NCBI GenBank assembly: GCA_018433015.1
Contig: JAHDSB010000077.1
Location: 742 to 64,741, forward strand
DNA: 64,000 nucleotides
Reading direction: 5' to 3'
From: Clostridia bacterium
GTDB lineage: Bacteria > Bacillota > Peptococcia > DRI-13 > SV3-B141
Below the pieces are notes generated by a model. That model was given only the letters and a program-made list of their open reading frames with translations, did not search any database and was not told where the DNA came from. The position numbers and the translations under genes are program-made. Positions 28,121 to 38,248 of the stretch are shown one piece after another (positions within the stretch are counted from its first letter, which is position 1; each line of letters opens with the position of its first letter).

Positions 28121-28141
28121 TTTTATCCAATAGCTAACCAC
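28121..28141. repeat. 21-nt exact repeat, copy B (immediately 3' of the polC stop codon)
   Basis: Plus strand TTTTATCCAATAGCTAACCAC, identical to 18962..18982. It abuts the polC TAG (28142..28144). Confidence 0.9.
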
Positions 28142-31100
28142 CTAAAACAAGGAGATTTGATCATTTTCAGGTAAATCTCGTAAACTCCCATGATGATCAA
28201 GAACTTCAATTACTGTCTTGCTTATTTTTGCCCTCACCCGTAAATCCTCGCAGGATGTAAACCTTTTTTCTTCCCGGGCCTTTACTATGCTCACTGCCGC
28301 TGCCTGACCTAACCCTTGTAAAGAACCGAGAGGAGGCAAGAGGGCTTTCCCATCGTCAACTATTAAAAAGCGGGTAGCATCAGAGGAAAACAAGTCAACA
28401 TGTTTTAGAGTAATATTTCTTAAATGCATTTCTAAAGCCAATTCCAAAATGCTATACAGGTTTTTTTCTTTTTGGGAGGCTTCATTTCCTTTTTTCGCTA
28501 TTTCCTCCATTTCCCGTTTTATGGAGGAGATACCACCCACTACGATGTCTGCATCAAATTCATCAGCCCTTACAGTAAAGAAGCTAGCATAGAAAGCAGC
28601 AGGATAATAAACCTTAAAATAAGCGATTCGGAAAGCCATCATTACATAAGCTACAGCATGGGCTTTAGGAAACATGTATTTAATCTTTTGACAAGATTCT
28701 ATATACCAGCCAGGTACATCATGTTCTTTCATGATTTCTATATTTTCCGGCAATAAGCCTTTTCCCTTACGAACTCTTTCCATTATTTTAAAAGCTTGAC
28801 TAGGTTCAACACCTTTTTGAATTAAAAACAGCATAATATCGTCACGAGCTGATATAACCTCCGACATTTTAGCTGTACCTGATTTAATAAGATCCTGGGC
28901 ATTGTTTAACCACACATTAGTTCCGTGAGAGAAACCACTGATCCGAACCAACTCGGAAAAATTCTGGGGCTTAGTGTCTTCCAACATCTGTCGAACAAAT
29001 TTAGTGCCAAACTCTGGAATTCCTAACGTTCCTACCTTACTTCCCAAGTCTTCACTACTAATTCCTAAGGCATCCAGACCTAAGAATAATGATAATACCT
29101 TACTTTCATCTAATGGTATGGTCTTACAATCTACTCCCGTCAAGTCTTCCAGCATTTTAATTACTGTAGGATCATCATGGCCCAAAATATCTAATTTGAC
29201 GAGACGGCTAGAAATAGAATGATAATCAAAATGAGTAGTTATTATTTCCGATTTAACGTCATCAGCTGGTCTCTGCAACGGTGTGAATTTATGGATATCT
29301 AACCCCTTAGGCAATACCATAACCCCACCGGGGTGCTGCCCTGTAGTGCGTTTAACCCCTGTACATCCATCCACAAGGCGTTGTACTTCGGCACTTTTAA
29401 TGACTTGTTCCTTCTCGGCATAATAACTTTTAACAAAGCCATAGGCCGTCTTATTAGCAATAGTCGCTATTGTACCGGCCCGGAAAACATTATCTACTCC
29501 AAATAATTCCTCGGTATATTTATGAGCACAAGGCTGGTAATCTCCGGAAAAATTCAAATCAATATCTGGTACCTTATCACCTTTAAAACCGAGGAAAACT
29601 TCAAAAGGTATATCGTGCCCCTCTTTGCGCAATTTGGCTCCACACTCAGGGCATTCTCTATCGGGTAAATCTGCCCCTGAGCCCACAGAACCATCTGTAA
29701 TAAACTTACTATAATGACAGTTGGGACAAAGATAGTGTGGTGGTAGGGGATTAACCTCAGTGATATCACTAAAGGTAGCAACTAAAGAAGAACCAACGGA
29801 TCCTCGAGATCCTACCAGATATCCATCTTCATTGGAGTGTTTTACTAATTTATGAGCAATTAAATATAATACGGCAAAACCATTATTAATTATAGAATTC
29901 AGTTCTTTATCAATTCTTTGCTGTACAATATCAGGCAAAGTATCGCCATACAGATTATGTGCGTTTGTTTTTGTTAATCTAATAATTTCCTCTTCCGCAC
30001 CGGGAATCTCAGGAGGATAGAGTTCATCAGGAATAGGTTTAATTTCCCCGTCAACCAAGGCTGCGATCTTTTGCGGATTTGTAATAACAACTTCCTTCGC
30101 CGCATCTTCTCCTAGGTAAGCGAATTCCTCCAACATCTCTTCTGTAGTCTTAAAATAAAGAGGTGCCTGATTATCAGCATCATCAAAACCTTTACCGGCC
30201 ATAAGAATACGACGATATATTTCATCTTCCGGGTCTAAAAAATGGACATCTCCTGTAGCTACTACAGGCTTGTTCAATTTTTGACCTAATTCATATATTT
30301 TTTTATTTATTGTCAACAAATCTTCTTCACTATTGACAATACCTTTATTTATCATGAAAGTATTATTCCCACGGGGCTGTATTTCTAAGTAATCATAAAA
30401 CTCCGCAATTTTTTCCCATTTTTCCTGATCAATTCCTTTTAGATAATAACGGATCAATTCCCCCGCTTCACAAGCAGAGCCAATCAACAATCCTTTTCTC
30501 AGTTTATTTAATTCACTCTTGGGTATTCTGGGTACTCGATAATAGTGATGTAAATGAGATAAGGTTACTAATTCATACAAATTGCGCAGTCCTTCTTGAT
30601 TTAAGGCTAAGATAATAACGTGATATGTAGGTACTTTTCGCCCTTCATGCTGTTCCTGATCATTATAGAGATATCCTTCCACACCAAAAATGGGTTTAAC
30701 ACCATTTTTCTTCGCTGCTTCATAAGCCTCCGGGAAAGCCTGAACCACACCATGGTCAGTAATAGCTAACGCTTCATGTCCCCACTCCCGGGCTCGCTTG
30801 AAGATGTCCTTGATACCTGTCAAAGCATCCAAAGCACTCATCTTAGTATGCAAATGAAGCTCCACACGTTTTTCCTGAGCAGTATCCTTTCTGGTAGTAA
30901 TAATAGTTTCCATAATATCATAAGGCATAAGGGTCAGTTCCTGACTATACCTATCATACTGGAGAGGCCCCCTAAATAAATACCAGTTATTTTCAACCAA
31001 TCTTTCTTGCAACTTTTCCGCCAAATCTCCATCAGCCCATATTTTACATGTTAACGAATCTGTCTTATCACAAATAAAAAAGGTAACTAATATGCGGCCT

Positions 31101-31852
31101 GTCTTTAGCGTTCTAAACTCCAGATTAAATACATACCCTCGTACTGTTACACTCTTCTCCTCATCCAGTAGAGTTTTAATTTCTTGGGGGCCTCCTGTTA
31201 TCTTTTTGCCCGTTATAACGTCGGATACTGCAGGACTTTGCATAAGCTTTTCTTTTTTCTTCTTAACGATACTTTCTTTAAAAAGCTCTGCATAGTTATT
31301 CTCTATCTCTTGTAATTCCTTACAGTCCTCTCCCTCTTCTTCCTTCCAGGTTATTTGGACTTGAACATCCAACTGATAATTTTTTTCTAATAATGTCTCC
31401 AGTTGATTAATTATTCCATGGGATGTTAAATAGGCCCATCCTATTTCTTGTTTTACAATAATCTGTAGTAAATTATCAGTCACTTCATATGAGGCACCTG
31501 CCAACCATCCACGGCAACTTGGAATCATTCTACATAAACTTGCAATAATCTCTTGTTCTCTCTGTTTCCAAAGGCTTTTTAAATTAGAATACTTATTAGC
31601 AAGGGTAAAATGAAACCTTGTATTACACTCTGCACCAAACAAATCTCTCCAAAATTTCGTGAGATACTTATAAATATCATCTTCTGGCTTTTGGGAACTA
31701 GCAAAATATATTTCCCAAGCCTTATCAGCCTGGGAAATTAGAATCTTCGTTATTTTACAATGTAATAAATATTCCTTGATTGGTTTAGGCAGGGTCGAAG
31801 ATACCAGGGCCTGTTGCCAAAGCATTAGCCTGTTGTTATTGTCAATAGCCAC
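28142..31852 (-). CDS. polC: DNA polymerase III PolC-type alpha subunit, exonuclease-domain-less variant (1236 aa)
   Basis: OB fold; PHP motifs HLHT/TDH/GVEGY/YHV/GSAC/TGDVHF; Zn finger CPNC..CPEC; palm PDIDLNFSGD; C-terminal QISLF. Only 10 residues (QEQHEGRKVP) lie where the DnaQ-like exonuclease normally sits. Confidence 0.93.
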   Translation of the reverse strand: MAIDNNNRLMLWQQALVSSTLPKPIKEYLLHCKITKILISQADKAWEIYFASSQKPEDDIYKYLTKFWRDLFGAECNTRFHFTLANKYSNLKSLWKQREQEIIASLCRMIPSCRGWLAGASYEVTDNLLQIIVKQEIGWAYLTSHGIINQLETLLEKNYQLDVQVQITWKEEEGEDCKELQEIENNYAELFKESIVKKKKEKLMQSPAVSDVITGKKITGGPQEIKTLLDEEKSVTVRGYVFNLEFRTLKTGRILVTFFICDKTDSLTCKIWADGDLAEKLQERLVENNWYLFRGPLQYDRYSQELTLMPYDIMETIITTRKDTAQEKRVELHLHTKMSALDALTGIKDIFKRAREWGHEALAITDHGVVQAFPEAYEAAKKNGVKPIFGVEGYLYNDQEQHEGRKVPTYHVIILALNQEGLRNLYELVTLSHLHHYYRVPRIPKSELNKLRKGLLIGSACEAGELIRYYLKGIDQEKWEKIAEFYDYLEIQPRGNNTFMINKGIVNSEEDLLTINKKIYELGQKLNKPVVATGDVHFLDPEDEIYRRILMAGKGFDDADNQAPLYFKTTEEMLEEFAYLGEDAAKEVVITNPQKIAALVDGEIKPIPDELYPPEIPGAEEEIIRLTKTNAHNLYGDTLPDIVQQRIDKELNSIINNGFAVLYLIAHKLVKHSNEDGYLVGSRGSVGSSLVATFSDITEVNPLPPHYLCPNCHYSKFITDGSVGSGADLPDRECPECGAKLRKEGHDIPFEVFLGFKGDKVPDIDLNFSGDYQPCAHKYTEELFGVDNVFRAGTIATIANKTAYGFVKSYYAEKEQVIKSAEVQRLVDGCTGVKRTTGQHPGGVMVLPKGLDIHKFTPLQRPADDVKSEIITTHFDYHSISSRLVKLDILGHDDPTVIKMLEDLTGVDCKTIPLDESKVLSLFLGLDALGISSEDLGSKVGTLGIPEFGTKFVRQMLEDTKPQNFSELVRISGFSHGTNVWLNNAQDLIKSGTAKMSEVISARDDIMLFLIQKGVEPSQAFKIMERVRKGKGLLPENIEIMKEHDVPGWYIESCQKIKYMFPKAHAVAYVMMAFRIAYFKVYYPAAFYASFFTVRADEFDADIVVGGISSIKREMEEIAKKGNEASQKEKNLYSILELALEMHLRNITLKHVDLFSSDATRFLIVDDGKALLPPLGSLQGLGQAAAVSIVKAREEKRFTSCEDLRVRAKISKTVIEVLDHHGSLRDLPENDQISLF

Positions 31853-31863
31853 TGTTACACCCC

Positions 31864-32541
31864 CTACTGTCCTGTTGATACTTGATATACGCCCTTTATC
31901 TTACTAACTTTCTCTATTATTTCTTCCAAATCATGATTGTAAGGTACTATCACAGTGATAACTAGCTTAAGACGGTTAGAACTGCCCATACCACTCATTT
32001 CTAAATTACGAATATGAACATCTAATTCACCTAAAGAAGAAGTAACTATTCCTAATTGTCCCGGTTTATCTTCTACAGTAAGATGGAGTTTTTTTTGTTT
32101 ATCATGAGACAATCGGAGACGATTCTCAAATTTCGTCATATAAACTAGTACTAAAAAAACTATTCCCGTTGTTATTATTGCTGTAAAGTAACTGCCCATC
32201 CCCACGGCCAAGCCAATTCCTGCTACGACCCACAGAGAAGCAGCCGTAGTTAACCCTTTAACTCCAAAGCCGGATCGAATGATGGTACCGGCACCCAAAA
32301 AACCTATCCCGCTTACAACTTGGGCTGCGATGCGACCTGGGTCAGCTGTATTGGTATAACCTACATTTTGATACATTTCTATGGATGTCATCATAATTAA
32401 ACAAGAGCCCAAGCACACAAGGGTATGTGTACGAAAGCCCGCAGATTTGTTTAAGCTCTCTCGCTCTAAGCCAATTACTGCACCTAATATGGCTGCTAAA
32501 AATAAACGTATTGCTGCAATCCCTTCATAACTCACGTACAA
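31864..32541 (-). CDS. MgtC/SapB-family membrane protein with C-terminal ACT-like domain
   Basis: AAILGAVIGLERE...GFRTHTLVCLGS...GLTTAASLW motifs of the MgtC family. TTG start 5 nt after GGGAGGG, 2 nt after the GT2 stop. Confidence 0.8.
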   Translation of the reverse strand: MYVSYEGIAAIRLFLAAILGAVIGLERESLNKSAGFRTHTLVCLGSCLIMMTSIEMYQNVGYTNTADPGRIAAQVVSGIGFLGAGTIIRSGFGVKGLTTAASLWVVAGIGLAVGMGSYFTAIITTGIVFLVLVYMTKFENRLRLSHDKQKKLHLTVEDKPGQLGIVTSSLGELDVHIRNLEMSGMGSSNRLKLVITVIVPYNHDLEEIIEKVSKIKGVYQVSTGQ

Positions 32542-32543
32542 AA

Positions 32544-33176
32544 CTACCCTCCCATACGTACATTTTTAGCTATCTCCCAGTACATTTTCAAGCGGTAAGT
32601 AAAGCCCCGTATTAAACCTAATTTTTCTTCTTTCATAACGTGGGACATATCTGCTAAATGTACTTCTTTTATTCTTAGGTTATGTTCATGGGCAAAATGT
32701 GTTAACGCCGTTTCCACACCGAATCCAGTTTTAGCCAGATCTTTTATTTCATAAAGCCATTTTTTCTTAATACAACGCTGACCAGATAAAAAAGGAGTCA
32801 GGACTTGAGCAAAATCCGTAGCTAAACGTCCATGTTCAAAAATGCCAATGGTCATATCAGCCTCATCATTGAGTACTGGCATTATCATATTCTGCACATG
32901 GACTTCTGTTAACCCTATTAAATCCCCATCTAAAAAAAGTATTATTTCTTCCCGGGCCTTCTCTACACCGACGGCCATGGCGCCTCCCTTACCGATATTC
33001 TCTGACAAGGGAATCACTTGTACACCGCACTTTTCTGCAACCTGAATTGTATCATCAGTAGAACCATCACTTACAACAATAATTTGAGATATCTCTTTCA
33101 GCTTTTTCAAAGGTTCTAAAACGCCTGCTAAATATTTTTCTTCATTGTAAGCCGGGATAACTACAGTTACCTTCAT
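32544..33176 (-). CDS. family-2 glycosyltransferase, short glucosyl-3-phosphoglycerate-synthase-like type (210 aa)
   Basis: VVIPAYNEE, VVSDGSTDDT and LDGDL (DxD) GT-A motifs. The SGQR...GFGVE segment resembles GpgS-like enzymes by eye. Confidence 0.78.
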   Translation of the reverse strand: MKVTVVIPAYNEEKYLAGVLEPLKKLKEISQIIVVSDGSTDDTIQVAEKCGVQVIPLSENIGKGGAMAVGVEKAREEIILFLDGDLIGLTEVHVQNMIMPVLNDEADMTIGIFEHGRLATDFAQVLTPFLSGQRCIKKKWLYEIKDLAKTGFGVETALTHFAHEHNLRIKEVHLADMSHVMKEEKLGLIRGFTYRLKMYWEIAKNVRMGG

Positions 33177-33215
33177 AACCGGTCCTCCTATTTTTAACCG
33201 ATAGATCTCACCGCT

Positions 33216-34922
33216 TTAGTATTTCTCAATGATGCCTTTTACATGTTCAATTATTTCATTTTTATTTATATAGCTAATCTCTGAGTCCTTACGCAGTTTA
33301 ACTTCCACTAACTCTTCACTTGCATATTTCTTACCTATAGTCAACCTAATGGGATAACCAATTAAATCCGCATCTTTAAATTTCACACCGGCTCTCTCAT
33401 CTCTATCGTCCAATACTACTTCCACTCCGGCTTTTTGTAATTCTTCATATAATGTTTGCGCACCTTGCCAGATTTCGGGGTCCTGGACTTTTACCGGTAC
33501 AACTACAACTTGATAAGGCGCTATGGACATAGGCCAAATTATCCCATGTTCATCATAGTTTTGTTCAACGGTAGCTGCCAGAGTTCTGCTGACACCTATG
33601 CCGTAACATCCCATGACCATAAGATTATCTTTCCCATTTTCATCCACATATTTAGCATTTAAAGCTTCACTATATTTTGTTCCTAGTTTGAAGACTTGTC
33701 CTACTTCAATACCTCGGGCCCAGTTTAACACTGCCTGACATTTAGGGCAGGTTTCGCCTTTCTCAATAAGCCTCAAGTCTGCATAGGTTGTCCTTGGGAA
33801 GTCACGCTCTGGTTGAACATTGATATAATGATAGTTTTCTTCATTTGCTCCACAAACACCATTAACCATGGTTTTTACTTCATTATCTGCATAAATCTTA
33901 ATTTGTTTCCCTAACTTAAGGGGACCTACATAGCCAGGCTCACAACCAGTTACTTCTTTGATTTGTTGAGCTGAGGCCATTTCTAGTGTTAACGAGGGAT
34001 GGACACGTTGCAGTTTTATTTCATTTATCGTTCTATCTCCCCGTACCAAGACGGCAATTATTTCGTCATCAGCCTGATAAAACAAAGTTTTAATAAGTTT
34101 TTGGGCAGGTACCTGCAAAAACTGAGAAACTTGCTCAATAGTAGTTTGACCAGGTGTGCTTATTTTTTCCATGTTTTTAGCAGGTTCCTCCCCATTGTCA
34201 CTAGGAACACAAAGAGCAATTTCTACGTTAGCAGCATAATCACATTCCGGACAGTAAACAATCTCCGCTTCTCCTGAATCGGCAATAACCATGAACTCGT
34301 GGGTATCACTACCTCCGATAGCCCCAGAATCAGCCTCCACAGGACGGAATTTCAAACCGCAGCGAGTGAATATAGCAGTATATGCATCATACATTTTTTG
34401 ATAACTAACATCCAATCCCGCTTCGTCTTTATCAAAAGAGTACAAATCCTTCATAATAAACTCCCGGCCGCGCATCAAACCAAAACGTGGTCTCCGTTCA
34501 TCCCTATATTTATTCTGCATTTGATAAAGGAGTAATGGCAGTTGGCGATATGAATAAACATCTCCTCTTACTAAATCAGTAATTATTTCTTCATGGGTAG
34601 GTCCTAAACAAAAGTCCCGATCATGACGATCTTTTAAGCGAAATAACTCTTTGCCGTAAACATGCCAGCGTCCCGATTCCAACCACAGCTCAGCAGGTTG
34701 AATAACAGGCAGCATTATCTCCTGTCCTCCGGCCTTATTCATTTCTTCCCGCACTATAGCAGATATCTTCTGCAGTACTCTCTGCGCCAAGGTTAAATAT
34801 GTATAAACACCGGAGGAGGATTTACGAATAAACCCTCCTCTCAGCAGCAATTTATGGCTCACTACTTCTGCCTCAGCAGGTGTTTCCCGTAAAGTAGGTG
34901 CATACAATTTACTAAAATACAT
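33216..34922 (-). CDS. proS: proline--tRNA ligase (bacterial type with editing insertion)
   Basis: [29 protein letters not shown]-terminus, class II motifs. ATG at 34922 has GAAGGAG 9 nt upstream; the track TTG at 34943 lies inside ispG. Confidence 0.95.
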   Translation of the reverse strand: MYFSKLYAPTLRETPAEAEVVSHKLLLRGGFIRKSSSGVYTYLTLAQRVLQKISAIVREEMNKAGGQEIMLPVIQPAELWLESGRWHVYGKELFRLKDRHDRDFCLGPTHEEIITDLVRGDVYSYRQLPLLLYQMQNKYRDERRPRFGLMRGREFIMKDLYSFDKDEAGLDVSYQKMYDAYTAIFTRCGLKFRPVEADSGAIGGSDTHEFMVIADSGEAEIVYCPECDYAANVEIALCVPSDNGEEPAKNMEKISTPGQTTIEQVSQFLQVPAQKLIKTLFYQADDEIIAVLVRGDRTINEIKLQRVHPSLTLEMASAQQIKEVTGCEPGYVGPLKLGKQIKIYADNEVKTMVNGVCGANEENYHYINVQPERDFPRTTYADLRLIEKGETCPKCQAVLNWARGIEVGQVFKLGTKYSEALNAKYVDENGKDNLMVMGCYGIGVSRTLAATVEQNYDEHGIIWPMSIAPYQVVVVPVKVQDPEIWQGAQTLYEELQKAGVEVVLDDRDERAGVKFKDADLIGYPIRLTIGKKYASEELVEVKLRKDSEISYINKNEIIEHVKGIIEKY

Positions 34923-34926
34923 AAGT

Positions 34927-36000
34927 TCATACTCCTTCTGCAATATATTTTTGTATTTCTTCCCATAATGCCTCTACCAAGGCATCTTCCGGTACCTTTT
35001 TAATAACTTTCCCTTTAACAAAAACCAATCCTTCCCCTTTACCACCGGCAATCCCCAGATCTGCTTCTCGGGCTTCTCCCGGCCCATTTACAGCACATCC
35101 CATAACGGCCACAGTTAGGGGGACATTTAAATCAGCCACTTTTTCTTCAACGGCTTTAGCAATAGGGTATAAATCTATCTGGGTTCGTCCACAAGTGGGA
35201 CAAGATATAACATCTACACCTTTTTTTCGTAATCCCAATGTTCTTAGAATAACTTTCGCGGCCTTTACCTCAGGAAGAGGATCCCCTGTTAATGAAACCC
35301 TAATAGTATCACCTATTCCTTCGGCTAATAAGGTGCCAATACCTACAGCTGATTTTATGCTACCGTTTTCTCCCAATCCGGCTTCCGTTACTCCTAAATG
35401 GAAAGGGTAAGAAACTTTCTCCGCCATAATCCGATAAGCTTCAATCATAAGGGGCACATGGGAAGCTTTAAGAGATATCTTGATAAGATCAAAATTTAGA
35501 TCTTCTAAAATACTGATATGCTGCAAAGCACTTTCCACCATAGCAGGGGCTGTTACACCCCGATACTTTTCCAACAGCGTTTTATCTAATGACCCGCTAT
35601 TTACACCAATACGAATCGGAACCGCCTTATCCTGAGCTTTTTTTACAACTTCCCGTACTTTCCAAGCTGCCCCTATATTTCCTGGGTTTAATCTTAGACC
35701 ATGTACCCCATTATCCAGGGCTTTTATGGCCAGTTTATAATCAAAATGTATATCAGCAATTACTGGTATTGGGGATCCTTGTACAACCTTAGCTACTGCT
35801 TCTGCGGCCTCATTATCGGGTATGGCCACACGTATAATTTCACATCCATCAGCAGCTAACTGTTTAATTTGGGTTAAAGTAGCCTCTACATCACAAGTAT
35901 CCGTATTAGTCATAGACTGAATAGAAATAGGATGTAAATGGCCTACCCCCACATCTCCCACCAGAAAATTCTTGGTGACACGTCGCTTGATATCTTGCAT
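34927..36000 (-). CDS. ispG: 4-hydroxy-3-methylbut-2-en-1-yl diphosphate synthase
   Basis: [18 protein letters not shown] and [10 protein letters not shown] motifs. Confidence 0.95.
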   Translation of the reverse strand: MQDIKRRVTKNFLVGDVGVGHLHPISIQSMTNTDTCDVEATLTQIKQLAADGCEIIRVAIPDNEAAEAVAKVVQGSPIPVIADIHFDYKLAIKALDNGVHGLRLNPGNIGAAWKVREVVKKAQDKAVPIRIGVNSGSLDKTLLEKYRGVTAPAMVESALQHISILEDLNFDLIKISLKASHVPLMIEAYRIMAEKVSYPFHLGVTEAGLGENGSIKSAVGIGTLLAEGIGDTIRVSLTGDPLPEVKAAKVILRTLGLRKKGVDVISCPTCGRTQIDLYPIAKAVEEKVADLNVPLTVAVMGCAVNGPGEAREADLGIAGGKGEGLVFVKGKVIKKVPEDALVEALWEEIQKYIAEGV

Positions 36001-36012
36001 TTTACAGGCTCC

Positions 36013-37059
36013 TTAACTTAACAATTTAATAACATCTTTATATGTGACAAGAACCATCAACAACATTAATAAAAAGAATCCAACTAGATGTACGAAATTT
36101 TCTTTAGCGGGATTAACAGGTTTTCCTCTTACTGCTTCCACTAAAAGAAACAAGAGGCGGCTGCCATCAAGGGCAGGTATAGGTATTAAGTTGAAAAGCC
36201 CAATACTAATGGAAATTAAGGCTGTTAAATTAGCTAAATATACTATTCCATAGCGAGCCGATTCATCAATCATTTTAACAATACCTACGGGGCCGGCAAT
36301 TTCATTAGTAGACAATTTACCTGTTATCAATTGCAACAAACCATTTATTGTCAGGACTGTAAACTCGTAGGTATGGTATACTCCCTCCTTAATCCCTTCA
36401 ATAAGTCCGATTTTTTCCCACACGGGGGTTTTCGGCATAATGCCGATCATTCCCACGTTGTTTTGTTGATCTAAATAGGGCGTAACCTGAACATCAATAG
36501 CACTATCCCCCCTCTTAATCGTTAAATCAAGAGTTTTACCGGGATTATCATGAATAACTTTTACCATTTCACTCCATGTTTCAACAGGCTTCCCATTTAT
36601 TTGGACAATTTCATCATCCACCTGTAAACCGGCAACTGCTGCCGGTCCATCGGCTACAACGTTTCCTATACTAGTAGTGTAATCCTTGGGAACTCCCAAG
36701 AAAGTAAAAATCATCACAAAGATAAATGCTGCCAAGACAAAATTCATAATAGGCCCCGCTATTATTACTGAAATACGGGCCCATACTGATTTTTGATCGA
36801 AGCGTTTGGGATCTTTTATTTCTCCGGGGAACTCATCTTCCCCAGGAGTCTCTCCCGACATCTTACAAAAACCGCCTAAGGGAAAAACTCTTAAAGAATA
36901 TAACGTTTCCCCCCATTGTTTACTTATTAATTTGGGCCCCATACCTAAACTAAATTCTTCCACGCGTACACCTGATAATTTTGCCAAGAAATAATGGCCA
37001 AATTCATGGACAAAGATTATCAAGCCGAAAACAATAAGGGCTAAAATAAATGTTTTCAC
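36013..37059 (-). CDS. rseP: RIP site-2 metalloprotease RseP/RasP
   Basis: HEFGHY zinc motif, PDZ domain, NLIPIPALDG motif. Confidence 0.9.
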   Translation of the reverse strand: MKTFILALIVFGLIIFVHEFGHYFLAKLSGVRVEEFSLGMGPKLISKQWGETLYSLRVFPLGGFCKMSGETPGEDEFPGEIKDPKRFDQKSVWARISVIIAGPIMNFVLAAFIFVMIFTFLGVPKDYTTSIGNVVADGPAAVAGLQVDDEIVQINGKPVETWSEMVKVIHDNPGKTLDLTIKRGDSAIDVQVTPYLDQQNNVGMIGIMPKTPVWEKIGLIEGIKEGVYHTYEFTVLTINGLLQLITGKLSTNEIAGPVGIVKMIDESARYGIVYLANLTALISISIGLFNLIPIPALDGSRLLFLLVEAVRGKPVNPAKENFVHLVGFFLLMLLMVLVTYKDVIKLLS

Positions 37060-37081
37060 GTTAACACTCCTTAATGAGGAT

Positions 37082-38230
37082 TTAAATAGCTGTTTGTTTA
37101 GCTATGACTCGAGCCCACTGATCTATTTCTCTAATATCCTCTAAACAAAAATTTTCTACTGAAGCATGCATACTCATTACTTTTTCAATTAGAACAGGAA
37201 TATTTGTGAAATTAATCTGCTTATGCAAAAATAGTTCCACAGCTTTTTCATTTACTGCATTATATACTATGGGCATAGTACCACCAATTTTTCCTGCCTC
37301 AAAAGCTAATTTAAGTCCGGGGAATTTCTCCATGTCAGGTTGCAAAAAAGTTAAATTTTCTAAAGCAAAAATATTCATCTTAGGGAAAGTATTGCTTTCT
37401 CTCAAAGGATACGTATAAGCATACTGGATAGGCACCCTCATGTCGGGCATACCCAATTGGGCCAATATTACTCCATCCCCATATTCAACCATGGAGTGAA
37501 TAATACTTTGGGGATGAACAACTACTTGTATTTTTTCATACGGTACATCAAAAAGCCAATGGGCTTCAATAACTTCTAAGCCCTTATTTATTAAGCCCGC
37601 TGAATCTATTGTTATTTTTTTCCCCATATTCCACTTAGGATGTTTTAAAGCCTGTTCAGGCGTAACTTTAGCCAGCTCATCCAGGCTATGATTTAAAAAT
37701 GGGCCTCCCGAAGCAGTAAGAAGGATCTTATCTATGGCAGTGCGATTGGATTCTTCTATACACTGAAATATAGCAGAATGTTCACTATCTACAGGAATGA
37801 TAGGTGTTCCCGTTTCTTTAGCTTTTTTCATTACTAACTGTCCCCCTGCAACTAGCGTTTCTTTATTTGCTAAGGCCACAGGGATTTTATTATCTAAAGC
37901 CAGTAAAGTTGGTTCTAAACCATTTATGCCACTTACTGCAATTAAAATTAAATCAGTATCCTGTATTTGGGTTAATTGGGCTAAACCATCCTTACCATAA
38001 CATACTTTTATATTATTACCCATTTGAGATTTTAACCGATCTGCTGCTTCTAAAGATGCCACTGATACATATTGTGGCTGATATTGCTTTATTTGATGTA
38101 GCAAAAGATCAACATTTGATCCTGCTGCCAGCCCTACAACATTATAGCTTTGCGGAAACTCATCTACAACTTGCAGCGCCTGTCTGCCTACAGAACCAGT
38201 TGAGCCCATAATGACTAGATTCTTAACCAA
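37082..38230 (-). CDS. dxr: 1-deoxy-D-xylulose 5-phosphate reductoisomerase
   Basis: GSTGSVG, LANKETLV and PVDSEHSAIFQC motifs; TTG start with AGGAGG SD. Confidence 0.95.
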   Translation of the reverse strand: MVKNLVIMGSTGSVGRQALQVVDEFPQSYNVVGLAAGSNVDLLLHQIKQYQPQYVSVASLEAADRLKSQMGNNIKVCYGKDGLAQLTQIQDTDLILIAVSGINGLEPTLLALDNKIPVALANKETLVAGGQLVMKKAKETGTPIIPVDSEHSAIFQCIEESNRTAIDKILLTASGGPFLNHSLDELAKVTPEQALKHPKWNMGKKITIDSAGLINKGLEVIEAHWLFDVPYEKIQVVVHPQSIIHSMVEYGDGVILAQLGMPDMRVPIQYAYTYPLRESNTFPKMNIFALENLTFLQPDMEKFPGLKLAFEAGKIGGTMPIVYNAVNEKAVELFLHKQINFTNIPVLIEKVMSMHASVENFCLEDIREIDQWARVIAKQTAI

Positions 38231-38248
38231 TATAAGGTCCTCCTTTTT

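Noticed and set aside
30761-30775. Additional partial matches to the 21-nt repeat: AATAGCTAAC in polC at about 30763, GTTAGCTAATTGG in frr at about 41635, and TTTTATCCAA in tepA at about 9651.
   Set aside because: These are only 10-12 nt matches inside coding regions, within chance expectation for an AT-rich 128-kb double-strand search space.
37867-38211. Plus-strand ORFs in the track (for example 37867..38211, 53655..54041, 1505..1894, 7672..7998, 45518..45847 and all other '+' entries).
   Set aside because: Every one lies antisense to a minus-strand gene with strong family motifs. Their products are low-complexity (S/P/L/F/I-rich) as expected from antisense AT-rich coding sequence. None has a convincing Shine-Dalgarno, and no plus-strand promoter/terminator pairs were seen.
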